A stretch of 32,000 nt of DNA from Ferroglobus placidus DSM 10642 (lineage in GTDB: Archaea; Halobacteriota; Archaeoglobi; Archaeoglobales; Archaeoglobaceae). The stretch is from contig NC_013849.1 in the NCBI RefSeq assembly GCF_000025505.1, forward strand, positions 2,160,001-2,192,000, given 5' to 3'. The position numbers were made by a program, and so were the translations under genes. How positions within the stretch are numbered: position 1 is the first letter of the stretch; each line of letters opens with the position of its first letter. The notes below the pieces were generated by a model. That model made no database searches. It saw only the letters and a list, made by a program, of their open reading frames with translations, and was not told the DNA's origin. Below are positions 16,669 through 24,319 of the stretch, piece after piece.

Positions 16669-17015
16669 AATGTGGCGACTCGCTTGTTCCAAAAATTATG
16701 TGAATTTAGGCTGCGTCGCGAATTTACCCCCCCTTAACTGCATGAAGTGTGCAAATTTGTGAAACAACGCTATTTAACGGTGTTAAATATTACAATAATT
16801 TTGGAATAAAGATTATTTAGCCTCAGCAATATATATTTGCTTCAAAATTAACTGCTCAAGAAATTATTGATTTGTGAGTAGATATTTGAATATACAAAAT
16901 TAAAAACTAAAATTAATTAAAATAAATTTTGAAAATTAATATATTACATTAAATAAATAATTTTAATTAAATTACTTAGATACAACAGAACAAATGTAAA
17001 TTAACCTCCAAGTTT

Positions 17016-17030
17016 CAAAAAGTGAGTGAT
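17016..17030. repeat. right copy of 15-bp inverted repeat (CAAAAAGTGAGTGAT)
   Basis: This is the exact reverse complement of 16421-16435; the two copies span 610 bp. Confidence 0.9.
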
Positions 17031-17092
17031 GAAGAAGAGAGAAGATTTTGGGGAAAACGTATAAGAGTGAGTAAAGCAGATGTTCGGATGTT

Positions 17093-18211
17093 ATGAAAAT
17101 TTCGAAAAGCGCGTATCGGAAGAGAGTTGAAAAAGTCCAAGAGCTTATGGAAAAGGAAGGGATAGACGCTTTCCTCGTGCTTTCCCTCGAAAATTACAGG
17201 TATTTCACTGGAGATGTGAGAAAGCAACCGAGGATGGTAATTCCGTCTAACGACGAGCCTTTTTTAATAGTTTTCGACACCGAAAAAGAGGAAGCTGAGA
17301 AAAAGACCGGTCTCGAGGCAAAAACCTATAGATCCCTCCCGGATATGATGAAGCACATCGTAGCATTCACAAACTCCCTTGGGGACAACCCGAAGATAGC
17401 TGTTGAGATGGAGTTTTCAACGCCAGCTTTTCTCCTTGAGAGGTTCAGAAAAATGAATCCTCACGTGGAAGTTGTAGATGCGAAGCAGATAGTTGCTCCG
17501 CTGAGAAAATACAAAGACGAGTACGAGTTAGAACTCATGAAAAAAGCTGGAAAACTTGCGGATGTGGCAATGGAAAAAGTCTTGGACGTTTTGAAGCCGG
17601 GAGTTGCAGAGAGAGAAGTTGCCAACGAAGTGGAGTACTACATCAGAAAGAAGGGAGCTGAAAGGCTCGCTTTTCCTATGTTCGTTAATTCCGGAGAAAG
17701 GAGTCTCTGGCTTCACGGTTTAGCTACAGACAGAAAAATTGAGGAGGGAGATGTGGTTTTAATAGATGTAGGTCCGGTTTACGAGGGATACTGCGCTGAC
17801 ATAGCGAGAACTTTCGTTGTAGGTAAAGCTACCGAAGAGCAAAAAAGAGCTCATTCAGCTTACGTGGAATTACAGGAGAGAGTCGTGGAAATTATCGAAA
17901 AAGAAAAGAACGAAATATCGATTCTTGAGATAGAGAGAAGAAACGAGGAGTTCATGAAAAGCAAGGGCTTTGGAAACTTTTACGTAAAAGGATTTCTCCA
18001 CGGGATCGGACTGAATTTCGAAGAGACTCCGTTTCCAACGATATTTCCCGAAGATTTGAGGGAGGTTGTCGAGGAAAGAATGACTTTGTCAGTTGGACAT
18101 TCTGTTCTCTCAATCAAAGGCGTTGGGGGATTTAGAGTTGAGGATACCATTTACGTTGGAGAAAAAATCGAGTTCCTTACGACTTTCACCAGAGAACTTC
18201 TGGAGGTGTGA
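17093..18211 (+). CDS. M24-family Xaa-Pro aminopeptidase/dipeptidase
   Basis: Creatinase-like N-terminal domain followed by a pita-bread domain: VVLIDVGPVYEGYCADIARTF, HGIGLNFEE, VEDTIYV (metal ligands D, D, H, E, E). Confidence 0.8.
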   Translation: MKISKSAYRKRVEKVQELMEKEGIDAFLVLSLENYRYFTGDVRKQPRMVIPSNDEPFLIVFDTEKEEAEKKTGLEAKTYRSLPDMMKHIVAFTNSLGDNPKIAVEMEFSTPAFLLERFRKMNPHVEVVDAKQIVAPLRKYKDEYELELMKKAGKLADVAMEKVLDVLKPGVAEREVANEVEYYIRKKGAERLAFPMFVNSGERSLWLHGLATDRKIEEGDVVLIDVGPVYEGYCADIARTFVVGKATEEQKRAHSAYVELQERVVEIIEKEKNEISILEIERRNEEFMKSKGFGNFYVKGFLHGIGLNFEETPFPTIFPEDLREVVEERMTLSVGHSVLSIKGVGGFRVEDTIYVGEKIEFLTTFTRELLEV

Positions 18212-18214
18212 TTT

Positions 18215-18625
18215 ATGGCTGAAGCTAAAGGAGAAATTGTCGTTTCCGCAGACGTTGAGAGAGTTAGGAAAGTCCTTTTAGACATGAAAACGGTTGGTAG
18301 TTGCTTTAAGTTCGTTAAGAATGCTTCTGAAAAAGGAGAAAAGTGGTTTGTCAGAGCTCCTATGTCGATGATAACGCAAACAAAGGAGTTAGAAGTGAAA
18401 GTTATCAGAGAAGAGCCAGTTGAATGGGAAGCAAAGGGAAAACATCTGTTATGGAAGGGAAGATTTGAGGTAGAAGAGGCAAACGGGGGAACGAGGATAA
18501 AGGTTACGCTCTCCGTTGAGGGGCTGGGAAGCATGGCAGCGATAATTAATCCGATGGCAAGCGTCCAGATAGAGGGGCAATTAAGGTACTTCCTAAACGA
18601 GTTGAAGAAGAAAATTGAGGGTTAG
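18215..18625 (+). CDS. SRPBCC (CoxG/START-like) family protein
   Basis: The 136-aa product has a beta-rich pattern and a C-terminal helix resembling CoxG-type SRPBCC proteins. The assignment is weak. Confidence 0.4.
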   Translation: MAEAKGEIVVSADVERVRKVLLDMKTVGSCFKFVKNASEKGEKWFVRAPMSMITQTKELEVKVIREEPVEWEAKGKHLLWKGRFEVEEANGGTRIKVTLSVEGLGSMAAIINPMASVQIEGQLRYFLNELKKKIEG

Positions 18626-19659
18626 CGTTTCGCTATAAGCTCTTTCACCGCCGTACAACCTCCGCAGGTGAAGCATCCCGCTTCGGCTTTATTGATTTTG
18701 ACATGCTTAACGTAACTTTCAACGAGCTCGTAAATCTTTACCACTTCATCTAAATTGACTGGCTGTTCGTTAGAATAAGGCGGAGGTCTGTAAGGAGCTA
18801 GGAAAGGAGTAATTCCTATTTCAACCATCCTTTCAACGTTTTCAGCAGTTACGAATTTATCCTCTCCGAAACCAAGCACAATCCAGCTGTTAACCTTCCA
18901 TTTCCCGAAAATATCCACGGCGTTCTCCCAAGCTTTGAAGTACTCTTCAAGCTTCGGCTTTCCTGGAACAACATTGCTTCTAATTTTTTCGTCCAGAACT
19001 TCAGCGTGAATACCTATCGTGTCTGCCCCACTTTCGTAAAGCATTTCAAGAAAATCTCTATCGACGACGTCGACCTGAACGTGAATTGGTATGTCCACTT
19101 TTTCCTTTACAGCCTTAACAACTTCAGAGATTTTTACAGCCCCTTTGTCTTTCCCCGGCATAATTCCGGAAGTTATTGTGAGGTGTCTGCTGTTATCCTC
19201 TTCGTAAGCCATTTTCGCAGCCTCGGCTATCATTTCTGGAGTTTTTTCCACGATCGAGTTTTCCAGCCCAATCTCTATAGAGCAGAATTTGCATCTCTTC
19301 TTTTTCCACAGAACGCATCTTCTCGACACAGCAGTTACGAGAGCGTTAATTCCGTCGAGAGCAACTATTTTCCCGGCTTCAACGCCAAAACTCGTCGGCT
19401 TCGAATAATACTCAGCCTTAGGTAGCTTAACCTCGCCAACGACTTCGTCGTTCTTGAAAAGGTAATATTTCTCGTCGATTTTCTCAATTCTGTAAGGGGA
19501 GTTTTCAACGAACTTTTGCTTGTTCGGAGCAGAAACCACGCTACCTTCTACCTCAAACCCAACTCCTCCAGTTGGACCTCCTCCACTCTTTCTGTAGCTT
19601 CTAACGTTTCCTCTAACTCCTTTCACTATTATTTCGAGTTTCGTTCTCCAGTCAAGCAT
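18622..19659 (-). CDS. radical-SAM-like TIM-barrel protein with non-canonical C-x7-C-x2-C motif
   Basis: SRRCVLWKKKRCKFCS carries a Cys triad with x7/x2 spacing. LTITSG and IVLGFGEDKFVTAENVERMVEIGI resemble BioB/ThiH-type motifs. The C-terminus has GCFTCGGC (C-x2-C-x2-C). The N-terminal domain of about 110 aa, with GGGPTGG, is unassigned. Confidence 0.5.
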   Translation of the reverse strand: MLDWRTKLEIIVKGVRGNVRSYRKSGGGPTGGVGFEVEGSVVSAPNKQKFVENSPYRIEKIDEKYYLFKNDEVVGEVKLPKAEYYSKPTSFGVEAGKIVALDGINALVTAVSRRCVLWKKKRCKFCSIEIGLENSIVEKTPEMIAEAAKMAYEEDNSRHLTITSGIMPGKDKGAVKISEVVKAVKEKVDIPIHVQVDVVDRDFLEMLYESGADTIGIHAEVLDEKIRSNVVPGKPKLEEYFKAWENAVDIFGKWKVNSWIVLGFGEDKFVTAENVERMVEIGITPFLAPYRPPPYSNEQPVNLDEVVKIYELVESYVKHVKINKAEAGCFTCGGCTAVKELIAKR

Positions 19660-20593
19660 AAACCCTCACAGCCTCATCCGGAGAGTCGCTGTAAGCCACA
19701 GCTGCCAGAGCACCTATTACACCTCTCCTCCCGGTAATTTCTATCAACTCAACCCCGTTTCTCTCCGCAACATTTTCAGCCTCCTCGATTTCCACCATCT
19801 CCCTCTTTACCTTCTCCCCGAATTTTAACAGCTCTTCGTCGATCAAAATTTTTTTGTAAACCGCCATAGCCGTTTCGTCGCTGAAAGTGCTCTTTCTAAG
19901 CTCTTTTTCAAACGCTTTCACGAGCTTTTCCGAATCTTGCGTTGCGAAAGTTACTGAAATGGATACGCAGTTCGTAGTTTTGTATGGATTTTTCGTGTAC
20001 AGCTGAGTGATCGTGTGAAGGAGGTAGTATCCAAGTCCTTCTTTTTCAAGTTTGTAGGCGATTTCGTTAACGAGTGCCCAAGTTGCCCCTCCTTCCTTGC
20101 TGTCCGTATCATCGACGCCTATCACAACCTTCTCCATTGCCGGAAGAACGAGTTTAGCCTTTCCAAGTTTCTCTCCTCCTCCCTCTTCGAGAATTTCAAT
20201 TCCCAACACGTTTTCAGCCATGCCCCTGCAAACTGTCGCAGCTATGCCTCCTCCGGCAAGACCGGCGTAAGTTACCTCGACTTTATCACCAACAACTTCG
20301 ACTTTTTCAACACCAGCTCCGGCAATCCCCGGCACGAGCCTCAAAGTCGTTTCTCCCTTTTTCAAAACGAAAATGTTCCTCGCTCCTTCTCTCCTCGCTT
20401 TTAGAACGAGGTTGCTCACTCTCGGGTAGTGGTAAATCTCCCAAGCAGCTCCGCCTATGCATTTTCCTCTCGCATGAAACTCGTGGAGCTCAACGTGAAA
20501 GCCGTCGTGCATGGCGATAATTCTCTCGTAAGGAGAAATCCACTCAACACCACCATATTTTTTTAATACCTCCTCTCTACTCATCAAAACCAT
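19652..20593 (-). CDS. stand-alone TiaS kinase-domain (TCKD)-like protein with novel N-terminal domain
   Basis: The C-terminal region of about 165 aa has VIGVDDTDSKEGGATWAL, NPYKTTN and GRRGVIGALAAVAY. These parallel the TiaS N-terminal domain motifs (IDDTDSSRGMCTTYL, NPTIPYKTRGNG, GRGLIGALAAVG, from memory). There are no OB or Zn-ribbon domains. Its stop overlaps the start of the next gene by 8 nt. Confidence 0.55.
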   Translation of the reverse strand: MVLMSREEVLKKYGGVEWISPYERIIAMHDGFHVELHEFHARGKCIGGAAWEIYHYPRVSNLVLKARREGARNIFVLKKGETTLRLVPGIAGAGVEKVEVVGDKVEVTYAGLAGGGIAATVCRGMAENVLGIEILEEGGGEKLGKAKLVLPAMEKVVIGVDDTDSKEGGATWALVNEIAYKLEKEGLGYYLLHTITQLYTKNPYKTTNCVSISVTFATQDSEKLVKAFEKELRKSTFSDETAMAVYKKILIDEELLKFGEKVKREMVEIEEAENVAERNGVELIEITGRRGVIGALAAVAYSDSPDEAVRVYA

Positions 20594-20626
20594 AAGTTGT
20601 GAAAATTCGAGAACGATTATAAATGT

Positions 20627-21595
20627 TTGGAGGTGCTGAACGTGGAGGCAATACTCGACATAGAGGGAGAAAAGAGCGAGGAGAGAGAATTTGACGTAGC
20701 AATAATCGGAGCTGGACCAGCAGGACTGACCGCTGCAATATATGCTACAAGGTACGGTCTGAAGACGGTTGTCTTCGAAACTGTGGAAGCTTCTCAGCTT
20801 TCGTTAGCTCCGAAAATAGAGAATTACCCGGGATTTGAAGGATCCGGATTTGAATTGCTTGAAAGAATCAAAAGGCAGGCTTTAAAGTTTGGAGCCGTGC
20901 ACAAGTTCGAGCACGTGGAGAGGCTTAGAAAAGACGGTGACTACTTCGTCGTAAAAACCGACATGGCTGAGTATAAAGCGAAAGCTTTGATAATTGCTAC
21001 CGGAGGAAAGCACAAAGAACTCGGAGTTCCTGGAGAAAAAGAATTCGTCGGGAAGGGTGTTAGCTACTGCGCCACTTGCGACGGAAACTTCTTTAGAGGG
21101 AAAAGAGTTGCCGTCGTCGGTGGAGGAAATACGGCTGTGACCGATGCGATTTACCTCCACGAAATTGGTTGCGATGTCGTTTTGATCCACAGAAGAGACG
21201 AGTTGAGGGCTGAAAAAGCTTTACAAGAGGAACTTTTCAAAAGGAACATCCCAGTAATATGGGACACGGTCGTTCTCAGAATAGAGGGTAACGAGAAGGT
21301 CGAAAGGCTCGTCCTCCTCAACAGAAAAACGAATGAAGAGAGCGTTTTAGAAGTGGACGGAGTTTTCATAGCAGTAGGAATCGTGCCAGCGACAGATATA
21401 GTCATGGATCTCGGAGTAGAAAGGGATGCTGCCGGTTACATCAAAGTTGACAAAAGGCAGAGAACAAACGTTCCCGGTGTTTTTGCCGCTGGCGACTGTT
21501 GCGACAATCCTCTAAAACAAGTTGTCACAGCATGTGCCGACGGAGCTATAGCGGCGAACTCGGCTTTTGAGTACATCAAAATGATGCAACTTTAA
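20627..21595 (+). CDS. trxB: thioredoxin-disulfide reductase
   Basis: FDVAIIGAGPAGLTAAIYA, the redox-active CATCDG, VAVVGGGNTAV and GVFAAGDC. The exact start is uncertain (TTG 20627 or downstream GTG codons). Confidence 0.85.
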   Translation: MEVLNVEAILDIEGEKSEEREFDVAIIGAGPAGLTAAIYATRYGLKTVVFETVEASQLSLAPKIENYPGFEGSGFELLERIKRQALKFGAVHKFEHVERLRKDGDYFVVKTDMAEYKAKALIIATGGKHKELGVPGEKEFVGKGVSYCATCDGNFFRGKRVAVVGGGNTAVTDAIYLHEIGCDVVLIHRRDELRAEKALQEELFKRNIPVIWDTVVLRIEGNEKVERLVLLNRKTNEESVLEVDGVFIAVGIVPATDIVMDLGVERDAAGYIKVDKRQRTNVPGVFAAGDCCDNPLKQVVTACADGAIAANSAFEYIKMMQL

Positions 21596-21596
21596 A

Positions 21597-21603
21597 TTTT
21601 TTT
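21597..21603 (+). terminator. oligo-T tract just after the trxB stop
   Basis: A T7 run lies immediately 3' of the TAA at 21593-21595. Confidence 0.3.
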
Positions 21604-21645
21604 GAAACTAAAAAAGTTAAATGGCTTGAAAACCTAATAACTTTA

Positions 21646-21705
21646 GCCGCTGTGATGATTACTCCCGCTGCTGACACGTGATGATTATTGCGCTATCTGA
21701 GCGGC
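21646..21705 (+). ncRNA. C/D box sRNA (2'-O-methylation guide)
   Basis: GCCGC-u-GUGAUGA(C)-UUACUCCCGCUG-CUGA(D')-cac-GUGAUGA(C')-UUAUUGCGCUAU-CUGA(D)-GCGGC. Both guides are exactly 12 nt, the D'-C' linker is 3 nt and the terminal stem is 5 bp. A TATA-like AAAAAGTTAAATGG lies about 25-30 nt upstream. Confidence 0.85.
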
Positions 21706-21887
21706 TACCATTCTATGCTTATCGCGTTGTTCGGACAGGCTCTCGTGCACGCGCCGCACTCCATGCAGAGGTCTTCGTTTACCTTAGCCACACCGCCGTC
21801 GAGATATATGGCTCCTCCCTTCTCGCTGCAAACTTCCACGCAGGCTCCGCATCCATCGCACTTTGAAGCGTCAATTACGGCAGGCAT
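21705..21887 (-). CDS. 2x[4Fe-4S] ferredoxin
   Basis: The 60-aa product has CDGCGACVEVC and CMECGACTRACP cluster motifs. Confidence 0.9.
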   Translation of the reverse strand: MPAVIDASKCDGCGACVEVCSEKGGAIYLDGGVAKVNEDLCMECGACTRACPNNAISIEW

Positions 21888-21992
21888 AATAAAAGCTTAC
21901 ACAACTTGAAATTAAAATTCGAGGGCTTTTTCGGTTTTTACTCAAACGCTCACACCCGATAACCTTTAAATCTTATCTCACGAATATCCTCT

Positions 21993-22049
21993 GTCGATGA
22001 TGACGAGCGCGGGTGCTGAAAAGTGATGAAGAGCTGACGGTCTGAGACG
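21993..22049 (+). ncRNA. C/D box sRNA (2'-O-methylation guide)
   Basis: gucg-AUGAUGA(C)-CGAGCGCGGGUG-CUGA(D')-aaa-GUGAUGA(C')-AGAGCUGACGGU-CUGA(D)-gacg. It has 12-nt guides and a 3-nt linker. TATA-like CTTTAAATC (21964-21972) lies about 25 nt upstream. The terminal stem is short (GUC/GAC). Confidence 0.8.
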
Positions 22050-22095
22050 TTACAATAAAAAATTCCCTGAGTGAAAAACTAAAAAAGAGTTAAAA

Positions 22096-23289
22096 TCATG
22101 GTCTGTAGCTTTTCGGCATTCCGAGAACGTGCTCTCCTATGTAGGCGAGCGCCATCTGCTGCGTTACGGGAGCGAGCCTTATCAGGTTTATCTCTCTCCA
22201 CCACCTTTCGACATCGTATTCTTTAGTGTATCCGTAGCCTCCGAAGGTTTGCATAGCCCAGTAAACAGCTCTAATTCCTGCCTCTACTGCCACAACCTTA
22301 GCCATGTTGGCAGCGTCACCAACTTCTCTGTAAGAAGCGTTGTTGTCGAACAGCCAAGCAGCTTTCAGGTTCATCAGTTTTGCACACTCCAGCGTGGCGT
22401 AAGCCTCAGCCAAGGGGAACTGCAATCCCTGGTAGCTTCCGATCGGATCCTGAAAGACCTTCCTCTGCTTGGAATACTCCACAGCCTTGCTAACAGCCAA
22501 TCTCGCTATGCCTATTGCCGCAGCTGCGAAACTCATCCTCTCAGGATTCAGCGTGTCGAGAATTAGGTACCACCCCTCGTCTTGCGGAGGAATTAAAGCA
22601 TTTTCCGGCAATCTCAAATTATTGAAGCTGACTTCACAGGTTTTTGAATAGTTTATTCCGTGTTTTGGTATGGGGTTTATCTTTACCGCTGGATTTGGCA
22701 AGTCAGCTAAGAACAAACTTATTCCGTAAGTTCTCTTCGGAGCCTCCTCTCTTGGAGTCGTTCTTGCGATTATAAGCATTCCCTTCGCCCTGTCAGCTCC
22801 GCTTATGAATATCTTGTTGCCGTTTATCACCCACTCGTCTCCGTCTTTAACTGCCCTCGTCCTTATGTTGAGGGTGTTCGTTCCAGCGTCGGGCTCAGTC
22901 AGAGCCATGCAGAACTCAAGCTTGCCTTTAGCGATCTTCGGAAGGTACTTTTCCTTTTGCTCTTCAGTTCCGTGCCTCACAATCGTCAAAGCCCCAAAGA
23001 CCTCGGTAAGAACGAGATACCACACTCCCCCCATTCCGCAGCCGTTGGCGGCTAACTCCTCCATCGCTATAAGCAGTTCTGTCATTCCGTACCCGGAGCC
23101 CCCGTACTCTTCGGGGATTACTATTCCTACGAAACCGGCATCGCTTATAGCCTTCCAGAACTCCTCGGCAAACTCTCCCTTCTCGTCCTTTTCCCTCCAG
23201 TATTCGGGAGGAAAATCTTTAGCGATATCTCTTGCAGCCTCTGCTATCATCTTCTGATCTTCCGTCAGTTTAAAGTCCAAATCAATCAC
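22096..23289 (-). CDS. acyl-CoA dehydrogenase
   Basis: FKLTEDQKMIAEAARDIAKDF..., ALTEPDAGTN, FISGA and GGYGYTKEYDVERWWRE (catalytic Glu region). The track ORF runs to 23397, but GGAGGTG followed by the GTG at 23289 gives a normal product of about 397 aa. Confidence 0.85.
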   Translation of the reverse strand: MIDLDFKLTEDQKMIAEAARDIAKDFPPEYWREKDEKGEFAEEFWKAISDAGFVGIVIPEEYGGSGYGMTELLIAMEELAANGCGMGGVWYLVLTEVFGALTIVRHGTEEQKEKYLPKIAKGKLEFCMALTEPDAGTNTLNIRTRAVKDGDEWVINGNKIFISGADRAKGMLIIARTTPREEAPKRTYGISLFLADLPNPAVKINPIPKHGINYSKTCEVSFNNLRLPENALIPPQDEGWYLILDTLNPERMSFAAAAIGIARLAVSKAVEYSKQRKVFQDPIGSYQGLQFPLAEAYATLECAKLMNLKAAWLFDNNASYREVGDAANMAKVVAVEAGIRAVYWAMQTFGGYGYTKEYDVERWWREINLIRLAPVTQQMALAYIGEHVLGMPKSYRP

Positions 23290-23306
23290 CTCCAAAAAAT
23301 AGAAAA

Positions 23307-23777
23307 TTAGGCTGGTTTGAAGTAAAGAATGTCCGTAATCTTTCCTTCTCTCTCTTCCTTCGGCTTTAGAACCGGTTTGACTTTCATTCCAACGCAAACG
23401 TCTTCGGGATTCACTTCTCCGAGCAGGTGAATTATTCTTCCGTTTGTTCCGTCCATCTCTATGAGAGCGTAGATTTCCGGTTTTTCGAGCTTCTCTCCGT
23501 TTTTATCGTAGTACGCCACAGCAAAAGCCGCAACGCATCCCTCTCCGCTCACTTCCACGTATTCCGTCTCGCTAAAGTCGAACTCGCAGTAGATCCTCGG
23601 AGGGAAGAATACGTGCCCGCATTTTTTACATTTGGCGGCTGTAAACTTCCCCTCATCCCTCAGCTTTTTGAAAAAGTAATCTCCAGCTTCTCCGCTCGTG
23701 TAAACCCAGTAAAGCTCTATCTTACCTTCCACGTGCTTCAGCTCTCGAGGATCGATAATTTTTTCGGTAAAAACCAT
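23307..23777 (-). CDS. DUF35 (Zn-ribbon + OB-fold, acyl-CoA-associated) protein, ribbon with only three Cys
   Basis: KCKKCGHVFFPPRIYCEFDFSETEYVEVSG is followed by an OB-fold tail (IYALIEMDG...VGMKVKPVLKP). The fourth ribbon Cys is replaced (CEFD). Confidence 0.75.
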   Translation of the reverse strand: MVFTEKIIDPRELKHVEGKIELYWVYTSGEAGDYFFKKLRDEGKFTAAKCKKCGHVFFPPRIYCEFDFSETEYVEVSGEGCVAAFAVAYYDKNGEKLEKPEIYALIEMDGTNGRIIHLLGEVNPEDVCVGMKVKPVLKPKEEREGKITDILYFKPA

Positions 23778-23782
23778 TCACA

Positions 23783-24319
23783 TCACCCCTCTATCGGCTT
23801 CCAGTACTTTATATCCGTTATCGCTCCCTCCCTCTCCTCTTCGGGCTTCCAGACCGCCTTTACTTTCATTCCGATGTAAACCTTGTCCGGCTCGACCTCG
23901 CCGAGTTTATGTAGAATTCCCATGTGTGGAGAGGCTCCGTCTATAGCTATAACTGCCACAATTTCCGGCTCTTCTAAAGGTCTCGCGTCTGGATCGATGT
24001 AGGAGATCGAGAAGGTCTCAACAACTCCGGTGTCTTTAAGCTCGACCCACTCGTTTATAGGTTTGAAACAAAGCTCGCAGAATTCCCTTGGAGGAACCAT
24101 AACCCTTCCGCACTTGTTGCACTTTACTCCGAGAATCTTTCCCTCCTTCAACCCCTTGAGGAACTTGCTGATAGCCTGTCCGGCTGTAAAGGAATAGCGA
24201 ATGTCAGGGTGATCTTCCACGTACGTTATCGTCTTCTTCTCGAAATCCTCCGCTTCGAGCTCTCTCCCCTTAACGTAAGGAGGACAGCTAATATCCTTCT
24301 TACCTACCGCCAACTCCAT
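23783..24319 (-). CDS. DUF35 (Zn-ribbon + OB-fold) protein
   Basis: KCNKCGRVMVPPREFCELCFKPINEWVELKDTG has the full CxxC...CxxC ribbon, followed by an OB-fold tail. The likely start, ATG 24319, overlaps the upstream stop (TGATG). Confidence 0.75.
   Translation of the reverse strand: MELAVGKKDISCPPYVKGRELEAEDFEKKTITYVEDHPDIRYSFTAGQAISKFLKGLKEGKILGVKCNKCGRVMVPPREFCELCFKPINEWVELKDTGVVETFSISYIDPDARPLEEPEIVAVIAIDGASPHMGILHKLGEVEPDKVYIGMKVKAVWKPEEEREGAITDIKYWKPIEG

Larger units (their letters stand above)
16382..17092. other. 711-bp extremely AT-rich non-coding region (candidate replication origin/DUE or non-autonomous element)
   Basis: There is no credible ORF. Several 60-nt lines have only 4-11 G/C. 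The region is bounded by a perfect 15-bp inverted repeat and has a central, less AT-rich core with palindromes. Confidence 0.5.

Noticed and set aside
16421-17030. Target-site duplication flanking the 15-bp inverted repeats (MITE signature)
   Set aside because: The outside flanks (…GCTTTTTTT | and | GAAGAAGAG…) share no direct repeat. The mobile-element interpretation is therefore kept only as an alternative.
17023-17060. AGTGATGAAGAAGAGAG resembling a C box at the right edge of the AT-rich region
   Set aside because: No D' or D CTGA boxes occur at the required 12-nt spacing downstream.
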